From a virus: 64,000 bases of DNA. Made by a program: the position numbers and the translations under genes. The notes under the pieces are model-generated. The model made no database searches. It was not told the DNA's origin and saw nothing but the letters and a program-made list of their open reading frames with translations. Positions within the stretch are counted from its first letter, which is position 1; the number at the start of each line of letters is the position of its first letter. The stretch is from the IMG/VR virus record IMGVR_UViG_3300026488_000001, positions 1 to 64,000 of that record. One strand, 5' to 3'. Shown here one piece after another: positions 19,190 through 27,967 of this stretch.

Positions 19190-20524
19190 CTACCCCCATT
19201 GAAATAGGGGGATTTCGTAGTCTCCACTACCCTTCGTGGGGTTACTTGGGGGACTACAAGCTGGTTTATCAGCTTCTCCCGTCGCAACGGGTATCCAGCT
19301 GTTAACTCTCCCTCTGACCCACTTGAAGTGGTAGAGGGAAACAGTTTCAAGGGAGAGATTTTCTTTCCCTCCCTTCAATATGTTAACAGCTCCGTTTAAA
19401 TCTGCGTTTACCTCCCCACAATTAGGACAGATTACATAATGTTGATGCGGTCTCCTAACAGAACTACCACACTTAAAGCACTTTGAGCTTGTATAGTATT
19501 CTGGAATCGGTTCAAACCCGATTCCAGCTGAGGTTAACTTTTCTTTGAGTCTCTTTACTACGTAATCTCTTATCCAAAAATTGTGTAGGAGAACGTTTAG
19601 TTTCCCAAAATCCTTACCTTCCCTGATTCCCGTTAAGTTTCCTACATAAACTTTCTTAACTCCTCTTGAAGTGCAGATTTCTACTACATAGTTGAGCATT
19701 GCGTTAATGGACTGTTTTAATCTCCTGTCTCTTTTGACATATAGCTTTTGGAGTCTCTTTGAAGTGTAAGTTCCACTTTTGTTAAGAACAGACTGACACT
19801 CAGCTATTCTCCTGTTCCACCTCTTGTAGTCCTTGATTAGTTCTCTGCTTTTAAACTGGAAAACTTCTATTCCGTTATCGGTTTCTACCGCAAGAGTTAG
19901 GAAGTTGCGAATTCCAAGGTCTATCCCTGCTAACTTTTCTCCTCTCGGTTTCTTTTCTGGTTCTTCCAGATTAACGGTTACATAGCACCACCACTCTCCG
20001 GCTTTACAGAATACTTCGGCTCTACCAAAACTTTTAATGTTCTCATAAGGAATAGAATATTTTGCTTTGACCTTCAGTCTTTTACTGCTTATATCTTTCG
20101 GAACTGTTAGTTCAAAGGAAAACTTCCCTAAGCGGTAGCTTCTGCTACACTTAACATAGATATTCATTGGAATAGTTTGGTTTTTCTTTCGGTTCTTCTT
20201 GTATTTCGGTGGAGAAACTTTCTTTATGTGGGAGGGTAGTTTCCCTTCTAATTTTTTGAGCTTCAAAAATGACTTCCAGTCTTCTGAGAGCTTTTTCAGA
20301 ACTTCTTGTGCTATGTCTGAGGGAAGAGACTTATACTCTGGTAGGTCTTTTGCTAAACTGTAGATAGCTCCGTTGCTGACTCTAACTTTCCCAAAAGAGA
20401 AATACTGTTGTCTCAAAATGTAGTTAACACGATTGTAAAGGTAGCTACATCTTAATTGAAGTCTTCTTAACTTCTGTCTTTCTTCTCCAGTAGGATAGAG
20501 TCTAACCTTGATTATTCGTTTCAT
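19190..20524 (-). CDS. tnpB: TnpB RNA-guided endonuclease
   Basis: KVRLYPT, GIDLG, EYYTSSKCFKC..CPNC, NADLNGAVNI. Confidence 0.92.
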   Translation of the reverse strand: MKRIIKVRLYPTGEERQKLRRLQLRCSYLYNRVNYILRQQYFSFGKVRVSNGAIYSLAKDLPEYKSLPSDIAQEVLKKLSEDWKSFLKLKKLEGKLPSHIKKVSPPKYKKNRKKNQTIPMNIYVKCSRSYRLGKFSFELTVPKDISSKRLKVKAKYSIPYENIKSFGRAEVFCKAGEWWCYVTVNLEEPEKKPRGEKLAGIDLGIRNFLTLAVETDNGIEVFQFKSRELIKDYKRWNRRIAECQSVLNKSGTYTSKRLQKLYVKRDRRLKQSINAMLNYVVEICTSRGVKKVYVGNLTGIREGKDFGKLNVLLHNFWIRDYVVKRLKEKLTSAGIGFEPIPEYYTSSKCFKCGSSVRRPHQHYVICPNCGEVNADLNGAVNILKGGKENLSLETVSLYHFKWVRGRVNSWIPVATGEADKPACSPPSNPTKGSGDYEIPLFQWG

Positions 20525-20605
20525 AGTTCTGAATTTAATTCCAACAGCTTGTATTTCAAGTCTTTGCGGTCTCCTCCCCTCTTTGAAAAGAGGGGCTTCC
20601 GACCG
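19190..20605 (-). mobile_element. TnpB-only IS200/IS605-family element (IS1341-like)
   Basis: Subterminal hairpins CCCCTCTTTTCAAAGAGGGG (left) and CCCCCTATTTCAATGGGGG (right); higher GC than flanks; no tnpA. Confidence 0.85.
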
Positions 20606-20691
20606 CTAAAGGAGTTCTGTGAAAATAACATAGTATAAATTGTTTCTCTAATTTGTCTTCTCCAACCCATAATACACCTCCTCTTCAAAGT

Positions 20692-22914
20692 TTAAGCAAC
20701 CATTTTAGTAATTACATAAGATTTAGCACTTATTAACTTTCCTTTATCTTCCCACCATAACCAGTCATAACTTCGCAATTTCTTTCCAAATAACTTTTCC
20801 CATTCATCTACTACATCAGCAACAGCTTTAGTAACCCAATACCACATATTTTTAACCCATTGATGTTCAAGTTCATTTTCTACCCATTCAGCGTACCAAG
20901 TAACTTTTATCTCTTCAAAAAAGGTATTCAACGCTTTTCTAATATTAGGGGGTAATCCTTTAAAAGAAGTTTCCTTTAATTCTTCTTCACTTATACCTTC
21001 ATACCAAACTACCAATCCTCCTCTTTTCCGTTTAAATACAAATCCTAATCTTTCTAATTCCATTCTTATAGCTTTCCAAACTTTTGACTTTGAGACTATT
21101 TCTTTAGGAATATACTTTGTAACTCTTACAGGTTTTCCTTTCTTTTTTGTAAGTGCTTTTATTAACATAACTGTATAATTAGAAACTTCTTCAAAATGAG
21201 TATAAAGGTATTTATTGTGAATTTGATATTTTTTAATCAATTCTCTGATTTTTGTTCTATCAAAATCAGGTTTAAAATTCCTAATTATAAAATAAAGAAT
21301 CTTAATTAACCAAGAAATGTGAAGGCAAGGTCTACCATCACTTGTATAAGAGACTATATACCTAAATTCTTTAGGTAAATGTCTTAATGCATTTTCAGAT
21401 TGGAAGTAGAAAAACTCAGGATTATTATCATACAGGAAAATATCCATCGGAGTTTTTTCGTTAGGAGATAAAGAAATTTGATAGTATTTTCCAATAACAT
21501 TTCCGTCTTTATCATATTGCTTATACTCCTTAAAAGGAAAACCTACCATATCAGAAAGTTCTCTTATTAATCCAATAATACCTTCTCCATAGTATTTAAC
21601 TTCTTTTTTAAGGAAACTATTAAGTTTTCCTTTTACAGTAGCACAAGCCAAACTTCTCAAGTTCTCTCTCAAAGCAGTTTCAGATTTGCTCTGAGATTTA
21701 CATATTTGGCCATTATTGAATTTTCTCCTACCTTCAAAGGGTTTGGTATTTGATTCATCTTTTAAAGCCTCAGAATCGCCAATTTTTTCACTTTCTTTAA
21801 CTTGAATTGAAAAAAGTTTCTTAGATGTAAGTTTTCCGTGTTTCTCTTCAAAGTACTTTAGAAGTTTCTCTCCACTCACATAAGTTCGTATGTAAAGAAA
21901 ACCTGAATTCTTAACATAATTCTTCCTACCTTCTCTTGTAAGTTGATGTTCTTTTAATCTATCGTGAAGTTCTTTTACAGGTTCTCTTTCTGTCAAGGTT
22001 TCATTAGTAAAAAGAACACTAGCAAGTGCAACATAAGAAACTTCTTCAATAGGATACGGTGAAGAGAATATCAATCTTGCAGGTTCGTAAATAGAAATGT
22101 CAGCAAGCCCTTTTAGTTCAATTTGCATATAATTAAGAATTCTATCAAGTTCGATCTTATCTTTAACCTTAAGTGGAATAAAAATATGAACCCCTTTTCC
22201 TGATTTTGAAGTTTGTTTCAAGTAGTAAGTAACTTTTCCAAAAAAAGTTTCTCTTACTGAAGAGAAGAATTCTATAATTTGATCCTCATTATCTATATCA
22301 ATGCATAGCATTGTAATTGTATTTTCTGGCCTATAAGCATTTTCCTTATTTCTCTTATTATTTTCAAAAACATAAGGAGTATAGAACTTGCCTTTAGCCC
22401 TCATAAGTTTCATAAAGTCATCTATTGAGATTTCCTTTGTAAAGGATTTTCCCATATTCACAGTTGAACCAATACCAATTATAATTTTCTTGTCTTCCTT
22501 CATTATCTCGTTAATATTAAACCAACCTGGTGGTAAATCTACAATATCAGGAGAAGCTGGAAGATGAATTCCATATTGAAAAGAAGTTTTACCCCATTCA
22601 AAATGGATTGGTCTTGTATACCTCAAACCATTTTCCGTCTCAAATTCACAAACTTCTACTCCAGAATCATCGTTTTCTATATCTTTTGTGAGAATAGCAT
22701 TATCAACATACCACTTTAGAGCTTGTTTATCGTGTCCTAACCAGTATTCATAATACTTTTCAGCATCTTCATAAGACTTAAAAGTAAGGAAAGTTTGATT
22801 AGTCTTTTTATCTTTGAACCGAGTAAGAATTATTCCTGATATACTATCTTTCTCTTCTCCAACCTTTTCATATCTTGATACTTTGTATATTCTCTTGACT
22901 TTGTATGTAAGCAT
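20692..22914 (-). CDS. Large protein with an AEP primase-polymerase domain (candidate replication initiator)
   Basis: LCIDID, TSKSGKGVHIFIPL, DISIYEPARL motifs. Confidence 0.65.
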   Translation of the reverse strand: MLTYKVKRIYKVSRYEKVGEEKDSISGIILTRFKDKKTNQTFLTFKSYEDAEKYYEYWLGHDKQALKWYVDNAILTKDIENDDSGVEVCEFETENGLRYTRPIHFEWGKTSFQYGIHLPASPDIVDLPPGWFNINEIMKEDKKIIIGIGSTVNMGKSFTKEISIDDFMKLMRAKGKFYTPYVFENNKRNKENAYRPENTITMLCIDIDNEDQIIEFFSSVRETFFGKVTYYLKQTSKSGKGVHIFIPLKVKDKIELDRILNYMQIELKGLADISIYEPARLIFSSPYPIEEVSYVALASVLFTNETLTEREPVKELHDRLKEHQLTREGRKNYVKNSGFLYIRTYVSGEKLLKYFEEKHGKLTSKKLFSIQVKESEKIGDSEALKDESNTKPFEGRRKFNNGQICKSQSKSETALRENLRSLACATVKGKLNSFLKKEVKYYGEGIIGLIRELSDMVGFPFKEYKQYDKDGNVIGKYYQISLSPNEKTPMDIFLYDNNPEFFYFQSENALRHLPKEFRYIVSYTSDGRPCLHISWLIKILYFIIRNFKPDFDRTKIRELIKKYQIHNKYLYTHFEEVSNYTVMLIKALTKKKGKPVRVTKYIPKEIVSKSKVWKAIRMELERLGFVFKRKRGGLVVWYEGISEEELKETSFKGLPPNIRKALNTFFEEIKVTWYAEWVENELEHQWVKNMWYWVTKAVADVVDEWEKLFGKKLRSYDWLWWEDKGKLISAKSYVITKMVA

Positions 22915-22943
22915 TTATTACACCTCCTAATCTAATACTTATT

Positions 22944-23036
22944 AAAGTAAAGTCAGTAAGATTAGAAATTCAGGTTAGTAACTTACTCTTTCTCTTTTCA
23001 TAAGAACTAAAGTCAATTGGGTTAGAAATTCAGGTT
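22944..23036 (-). promoter_or_regulatory. Phage promoter-like motif, copies 3 and 4 (60 bp apart)
   Basis: 22944-22976 and 23004-23036 match the consensus. Confidence 0.7.
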
Positions 23037-23074
23037 AAGGTAGTAAACTATTTTTACTCATAGATTTCTCTAAC

Positions 23075-23246
23075 ATTTCATAAACTTCTAATAATCATTG
23101 TAATACTTATAAAACCTACTGAAAATAGGGGGTCTATTTATTAACCAATTTATATTCTAAATCTAACTTTAGATAACTCATATTTACTAATCTTTATAAA
23201 ACTCTAATAAGTATTGTAAATCAAGTAAAACCTACTGAAAATAGAG
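23075..23246 (-). repeat. About 54-bp hairpin repeat, copies A (23075-23128) and B (23193-23246)
   Basis: TTTTCAGTAGGTTTT..TTACAAT..TTATTAGA..TTTA on the minus strand. Confidence 0.85.
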
Positions 23247-23262
23247 AGAAATATTACTTATA

Positions 23263-24336
23263 CTATAACATCTTAAGTACTTCATTAGTAAGTTTAATTA
23301 GTTCTTCTAATCCTTTTACTTCTTGTTTAGAAAGGGATTTATATAGTTCTAAAGCAGTCTTAGAGTTCTTTCTAAGTTTATCTTCTATTTCAGCCATTCT
23401 TTGAGATATTAAGGAATCTTGAGCTTCAATCATTTTGGTTATTTTAGATAATGCTATTATCAAGTTTTTCTTTTCATAGTTAGTAAGTTTGATTTGATTA
23501 AGAATGGAGAGAACGAGTTTTAAATCTTGTCTCTTGATATTGTATTTCTGGGAAAGTTCTTTAAGAGATTTTCCTTTAATGTTATGTTCATAAAAGAGAA
23601 TTATGAGAGGGATGATTTTTTGAAGTTCTGAATAAGATGGAATTCTTACTGTTTGTCCTCCAAGTGTAGCTATTACTCTTGCCATTTCGTCTAAGTCTAA
23701 TACAAGGAAAAGTGGGGAAACCATAATCCCTGCTAATACTCTTACAAGAGATTCTGAACTTGGCTTATTCATACTTACTTCCCTCCTGTTAGATATGTAA
23801 TGAATGAGTTTTAGAATAGTTCTTACAATTTCAAGTTTTCTATGAGAAATATCACAAGATACTCTTGTGTAGATTGTTATATCAAATTCAGTTGATAGTT
23901 CTGTAAGGATTTGGATTTCTGCTTTAGTTAAGTGTGGGAATAGTATTTTTAACATTTCTTTTGGTTCTATGTATAAATCGTCCAAGTTGTTATCCTGATC
24001 TTCGTAATAAATTTCTACTTTCAATGTATCATCATAACTAACATCTCTTGGATGAGAATATTTCTTTAGTAAGGAGAGTAAATACTTTTTTAAGTAAGCT
24101 GACCAGAAATCTACCTTTAATCCTTTTTTAACTTCTATGAATACATCTAAAGCAAGTTGAGGAGAGATTTCATCAAAGTTTAACCCTTTAACAAAAGGGT
24201 ATTGACTAAAGTGAGTTCCTAATAAATCCCTTATCAACTTGGTAAGAGTATCTAAGAAAGTTAAAACATTATCTTCATTATCTAACTTATCCTGTAACTC
24301 AGATAATATTCTGTTGTATTCATTGAACTCTACCAT
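23263..24336 (-). CDS. Putative transcription regulator with a C-terminal Mor/C-family domain
   Basis: ARVIATLGGQTVRIP...GKSLKELSQKYNI; internal AGGAGG-ATG at 23772. Confidence 0.55.
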   Translation of the reverse strand: MVEFNEYNRILSELQDKLDNEDNVLTFLDTLTKLIRDLLGTHFSQYPFVKGLNFDEISPQLALDVFIEVKKGLKVDFWSAYLKKYLLSLLKKYSHPRDVSYDDTLKVEIYYEDQDNNLDDLYIEPKEMLKILFPHLTKAEIQILTELSTEFDITIYTRVSCDISHRKLEIVRTILKLIHYISNRREVSMNKPSSESLVRVLAGIMVSPLFLVLDLDEMARVIATLGGQTVRIPSYSELQKIIPLIILFYEHNIKGKSLKELSQKYNIKRQDLKLVLSILNQIKLTNYEKKNLIIALSKITKMIEAQDSLISQRMAEIEDKLRKNSKTALELYKSLSKQEVKGLEELIKLTNEVLKML

Positions 24337-24350
24337 CCTATCCTCCTGAG

Positions 24351-24405
24351 TTTCATAAACTTCTAATAAACATTGTAAATCAATAAAAACCTACTGAAAA
24401 TGGAG
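24351..24405 (-). repeat. About 54-bp hairpin repeat, copy C
   Basis: Matches copies A and B. Confidence 0.85.
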
Positions 24406-24411
24406 AAAGAA

Positions 24412-24618
24412 TTATTCTTGATTATTATCAATAGTAACACTAAACATATATCCATTATCAGTATGAGATACTTTCTTAATCTTAACTAATCCTAATCTAA
24501 TTTCTTCATCGATATTTAACATTGTTATAAGACTGATAATTTGAGCTAAGTAATGTTTATTCATAGGATTGGTAGTAGATAACCATTCTTGCATAGATTG
24601 ATAGGTTTTCTTAGCCAT
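24412..24618 (-). CDS. Hypothetical protein
   Basis: AAGGAGG RBS before MAKKTY. Confidence 0.6.
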   Translation of the reverse strand: MAKKTYQSMQEWLSTTNPMNKHYLAQIISLITMLNIDEEIRLGLVKIKKVSHTDNGYMFSVTIDNNQE

Positions 24619-24653
24619 ACTATCCTCCTTGGAGTTGTAATTTGGTGTCAAAT

Positions 24654-24780
24654 AATTAAAGTTGATTAATAGAGAAATTCAGGCTGGTAGTAACCTGAAT
24701 TTCTTGGGTTGATGACTTTAGTTTAGTAAGAAGAAGTTTAGACAGGTAACCTGAATTTCTAAGTAAGTTTACTTTAGTTT
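24654..24780. promoter_or_regulatory. Divergent promoter hub: motif copy 5 (minus, 24654-24685), copies 6 and 7 (plus, 24692-24724 and 24748-24780)
   Basis: Motif orientation flips exactly where the coding strand flips. Confidence 0.75.
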
Positions 24781-24807
24781 AAAAAAATGTTAAAAAGGAG
24801 GTGTAAG

Positions 24808-25170
24808 ATGACTAGAAAAGTTGATGAACTCAGAAAAGTACTTGAGAGAATTGATGAAAGTCTTGAGTCAAAGGTAAGGGAGTTTAAGACATTACTTGAA
24901 AAGTATAACGGGCTTTATGAAGAGAATGTGTATGGGGAAGAACTCTATTCAATAGAGTATAGTAAACACTCTGACTATGCAAAAATAGAAGGGAAGGTGT
25001 TTCACCAGACTTGGGAGGGAGACTATGATTTTAAGAAAGGTGAGTTTCGTTTATGGAAAATCTGGTTAAATGGTCAAGACCTTTATGAAGGAAAAGAAGC
25101 AATTGAGAAAGGTATTGAGTTAATAAAGTTTTGGGAAGATATTTACAATATTGGGAAAAAGAGAAAATAA
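24808..25170 (+). CDS. Hypothetical protein with leader-like N-terminus
   Basis: GGAGGTG RBS; MTRKVDELRKVLERIDE. Confidence 0.65.
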   Translation: MTRKVDELRKVLERIDESLESKVREFKTLLEKYNGLYEENVYGEELYSIEYSKHSDYAKIEGKVFHQTWEGDYDFKKGEFRLWKIWLNGQDLYEGKEAIEKGIELIKFWEDIYNIGKKRK

Positions 25171-25283
25171 AAGAATGGAGTGTTAGTATTTCTCTTGTAA
25201 AGTTTCCTTTGTTAGAAGTTCACTCTTAAGGACAAATTAGTTTATAAGATAAATAAAGACATTAACAGAATGAGAGGTGCGAG

Positions 25284-25562
25284 ATGAAAGAGATAGTCAC
25301 TCCATTTTGGAGATCTTGTCCTGATTGTTATGGGTATGGTGGTTATGAAGATGTTATGATTGATTATATATCAGCAATAGATAAACTAAGAGAGTATCCA
25401 GAATTTGTTGAATGTGAAAGATGTAAAGGCGATGGAGTAATAAAAGTAAGAGCAAAGGTGAAATATAAATCTTTTCAAGTTCCAAAAATTAGAGATTCTA
25501 ATTTCGTTTACAAAGCTATTCCTACTGCTTTATCTGAAATTGAATTTGAAACTACAATTTAA
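25284..25562 (+). CDS. DnaJ-type CxxCxGxG zinc-finger protein
   Basis: CPDCYGYG and CERCKGDG. Confidence 0.7.
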   Translation: MKEIVTPFWRSCPDCYGYGGYEDVMIDYISAIDKLREYPEFVECERCKGDGVIKVRAKVKYKSFQVPKIRDSNFVYKAIPTALSEIEFETTI

Positions 25563-25573
25563 GGAGGTAAGGG

Positions 25574-26062
25574 ATGAGAAAATTATTTGGATTTGGAGTT
25601 TTAGCAGAAGAGTATAATGATAAGGTTTATCTTTATGCTAATGATTATCCTTTTATTCAAGATTATGATGAAGAAGTTAAAGTTTCCTATAACTTATCGG
25701 AAATAGGATGGATAAATAAAGATACAAAACACGCATTTTTATATCGAGAGTGTTTTTATATTATCCCCATACTGTTAGAGTATGGGGTAAGTTTAGTTGA
25801 GTTCAAAATAAAGTTTGATGTTGAGAAATGGAGGAAGTTGGGGTTTAAACCTTTTGTTTATTCTACTCTTATTAGAAAAGAACAAGAGTATGAAATAAAA
25901 ATTGAAGCTCATACGGATGATATACTTGATATTGTTAAATTTATTGCTAAGTATGTTTATGGAGAAATCCTTAAACCGAATTCATTATCAGCTTATCCAG
26001 AAGACGGAGAATATTCTTTTATAGCCAAATTTGAAACTATAAGGGAGGTACAAAATGGCTAA
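25574..26062 (+). CDS. Hypothetical protein
   Basis: ORF with AGGAGG RBS. Confidence 0.7.
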   Translation: MRKLFGFGVLAEEYNDKVYLYANDYPFIQDYDEEVKVSYNLSEIGWINKDTKHAFLYRECFYIIPILLEYGVSLVEFKIKFDVEKWRKLGFKPFVYSTLIRKEQEYEIKIEAHTDDILDIVKFIAKYVYGEILKPNSLSAYPEDGEYSFIAKFETIREVQNG

Positions 26063-26492
26063 AGCAGAAATCTTTGTTAAGGTTATGTATGATGTAGGAA
26101 GTATTGAAGTTAAGTTGGAGTCTTGGAAAGACTATATAGGATTAATCAATGGATTTTTCAATTCAAATAATTACTTTCTTTTTGAAACAGAAGGAGAAAG
26201 GAATTTTGTTTCACTTAAAGGAGTGAAAGCTATTTTTGTAACTTCAACTTCTTCAGTTGAATTTAAAGAAAATCTTACAGTTGTTTTTGAGACAGGAGAA
26301 ATTGAGCAAATACCTATTCAAGGTAGGCAATATATGAACAAGTTTTGGGAAAGGTTTAATAAACTTCAATCTTCAATCCTTGATTTCGATCAAGCCCATT
26401 CTGTTCCAGCTATTATTGATTTGAATTCAGTATTTCATATTGTTGAAGGAGAACTGGAGAATGAATTTGATTTTGAAGAAATAAATCTTTAA
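26055..26492 (+). CDS. Hypothetical protein
   Basis: ORF with GGAGG RBS. Confidence 0.7.
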   Translation: MAKAEIFVKVMYDVGSIEVKLESWKDYIGLINGFFNSNNYFLFETEGERNFVSLKGVKAIFVTSTSSVEFKENLTVVFETGEIEQIPIQGRQYMNKFWERFNKLQSSILDFDQAHSVPAIIDLNSVFHIVEGELENEFDFEEINL

Positions 26493-26507
26493 CTGGAGGT
26501 TAATAAT

Positions 26508-27524
26508 ATGAAATTAAAGTATATAAAGAAAATAGCAAAAAGAGAGATTTATAATTATTCTCCTGTAAAAGGGTTTGTAGAGTTATGGGATTTTTCTTTA
26601 TCTAATCTTAATCAAGAATCAAGAGAAGAAGCTGTATCAGTAGTAGCATCAATCAGCTATGGTAATGAAATGGCTAAAAATCCTAAAAAACTTTGGAACT
26701 TTCTTATTAAGAGAGGACACAAAAGTCCATTTGAATTTATTAGATTTCCTGAAGATGATTTAAATGGATTTGAAGATTATAGTATAAGTGAGAGTTTGAG
26801 GAATAGTGATTTTATTACATATGAAGAATTTTTGAAAGGTAATTCTTTGATAAGTTTAGATGATTTAGTCAAAATACATAAACAAACGATAGCTGTTTTT
26901 AAAATTAAAGTTCCTCTTTTTGTAAGAAGTCAATACCATCGCCATAGATGTTGTTCATATTTAGAACTTTCTCGTAGGTATGTAAAGCCTGATAAAGTAG
27001 AATTTGAGTTTTGGGGTATAATGGACTTACCTTCTCAATTGAACTATGAGATAGATGTTTTAATAGAAAAAGCTGAAAAGGTATATAAAGGATTGGTTAA
27101 ATTAGGATATAAACCAGAAGTAGCTCGTTCTGTATTACCTCAATCTCTTTATACTATATTTTGGGTAATGAAAGATTACAAATGTGCAAGGAATTTTTAT
27201 GTAGAAAGATACTCAAAACAAGCTCAAGAACAAATAAGAGAAGTAGCTAAAGCAAAACTTGAACTTTTATATAAATATCAACCTGAATTTTTAGGTCAAT
27301 ATGTTGAAGTTGTAGGAGATGATAAGTTAGGTTTATATGATAAAGGAGGATTTACTATTAAAATTTTAGATATTCAAGATAAATATAAGCAAATGCAAAG
27401 TAATGGTTGGAATAAAGATGCTAAGTATGTTTATGTAGAGTATGGAGATAAAGATTATTATGCAAGATTTAATTTGGAAGTAGGGTTGTTTGATGAGAAA
27501 ATTCTTAAAGAGGAGGTAAAGTAA
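26508..27524 (+). CDS. thyX: Flavin-dependent thymidylate synthase
   Basis: GHKSPFE, RHRCCSYLELSRRY, EVARSVLP, AQEQIR. Confidence 0.93.
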   Translation: MKLKYIKKIAKREIYNYSPVKGFVELWDFSLSNLNQESREEAVSVVASISYGNEMAKNPKKLWNFLIKRGHKSPFEFIRFPEDDLNGFEDYSISESLRNSDFITYEEFLKGNSLISLDDLVKIHKQTIAVFKIKVPLFVRSQYHRHRCCSYLELSRRYVKPDKVEFEFWGIMDLPSQLNYEIDVLIEKAEKVYKGLVKLGYKPEVARSVLPQSLYTIFWVMKDYKCARNFYVERYSKQAQEQIREVAKAKLELLYKYQPEFLGQYVEVVGDDKLGLYDKGGFTIKILDIQDKYKQMQSNGWNKDAKYVYVEYGDKDYYARFNLEVGLFDEKILKEEVK

Positions 27525-27955
27525 CGGAACTTACACAATTTTTAACAGGAGAAATACAAGATATACAAATTTCTTTTGAAGAAAGATTTGAAAAATTTAA
27601 AGCATCTATTCTCTTTGAAAATGGAGATTTGGAGTTAGTTTTGACACCTTCTGATTTTATTATTTTTATGGATAGAATTATGACTATTTCTGATTATGTA
27701 GAACTTATATCTCATTTAGAAGATGATGTTTTGAATTTTTATCGTATATATGGGACAATAAAATCAGCAATTGATTATTTAGTTTCTCCTACTGAAGTAA
27801 GAACGAGAATAGTTAATGATAGATTAGTGAGGGTTTTAGGAAAATTAATTCAAGTTTTTGTTTCTAATAGATTTGGCGAACATTCTTCCATTATATGGGA
27901 TTTAATTAGGAAAGGAGATATAGTTATTTTTAGAATTGAACCTATCGAAGTTTAA
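27524..27955 (+). CDS. Hypothetical protein, probable ACG start
   Basis: Frame is open 35 codons upstream of the called TTG, back to ACG overlapping the thyX stop and just after GAGGAGG. Confidence 0.55.
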   Translation, partial: TELTQFLTGEIQDIQISFEERFEKFKASILFENGDLELVLTPSDFIIFMDRIMTISDYVELISHLEDDVLNFYRIYGTIKSAIDYLVSPTEVRTRIVNDRLVRVLGKLIQVFVSNRFGEHSSIIWDLIRKGDIVIFRIEPIEV

Positions 27956-27967
27956 GGAGGTTAATAA

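Larger units (their letters stand above)
19072..20670 (-). pseudogene. About 60-aa phage gene interrupted by the IS
   Basis: Joining 20670-20606 to 19189-19072 gives 183 nt in frame: MGWRRQIRETIYTMLFSQNSFSLIWKYYDEILEKH...; GGAGGTG RBS. Confidence 0.7.

Noticed and set aside
19072-19350. 92-aa ORF overlapping the tnpB end
   Set aside because: Chimera of IS right-end sequence and the 3' half of the interrupted phage gene
19190-20605. IStron (group I intron plus TnpB)
   Set aside because: Only about 80 nt lie between the left end and the tnpB start, too short for a group I ribozyme
22944-23246. Mini CRISPR array
   Set aside because: Only two copies of each repeat locally, unit sizes do not fit, other copies are dispersed singly, and no cas genes
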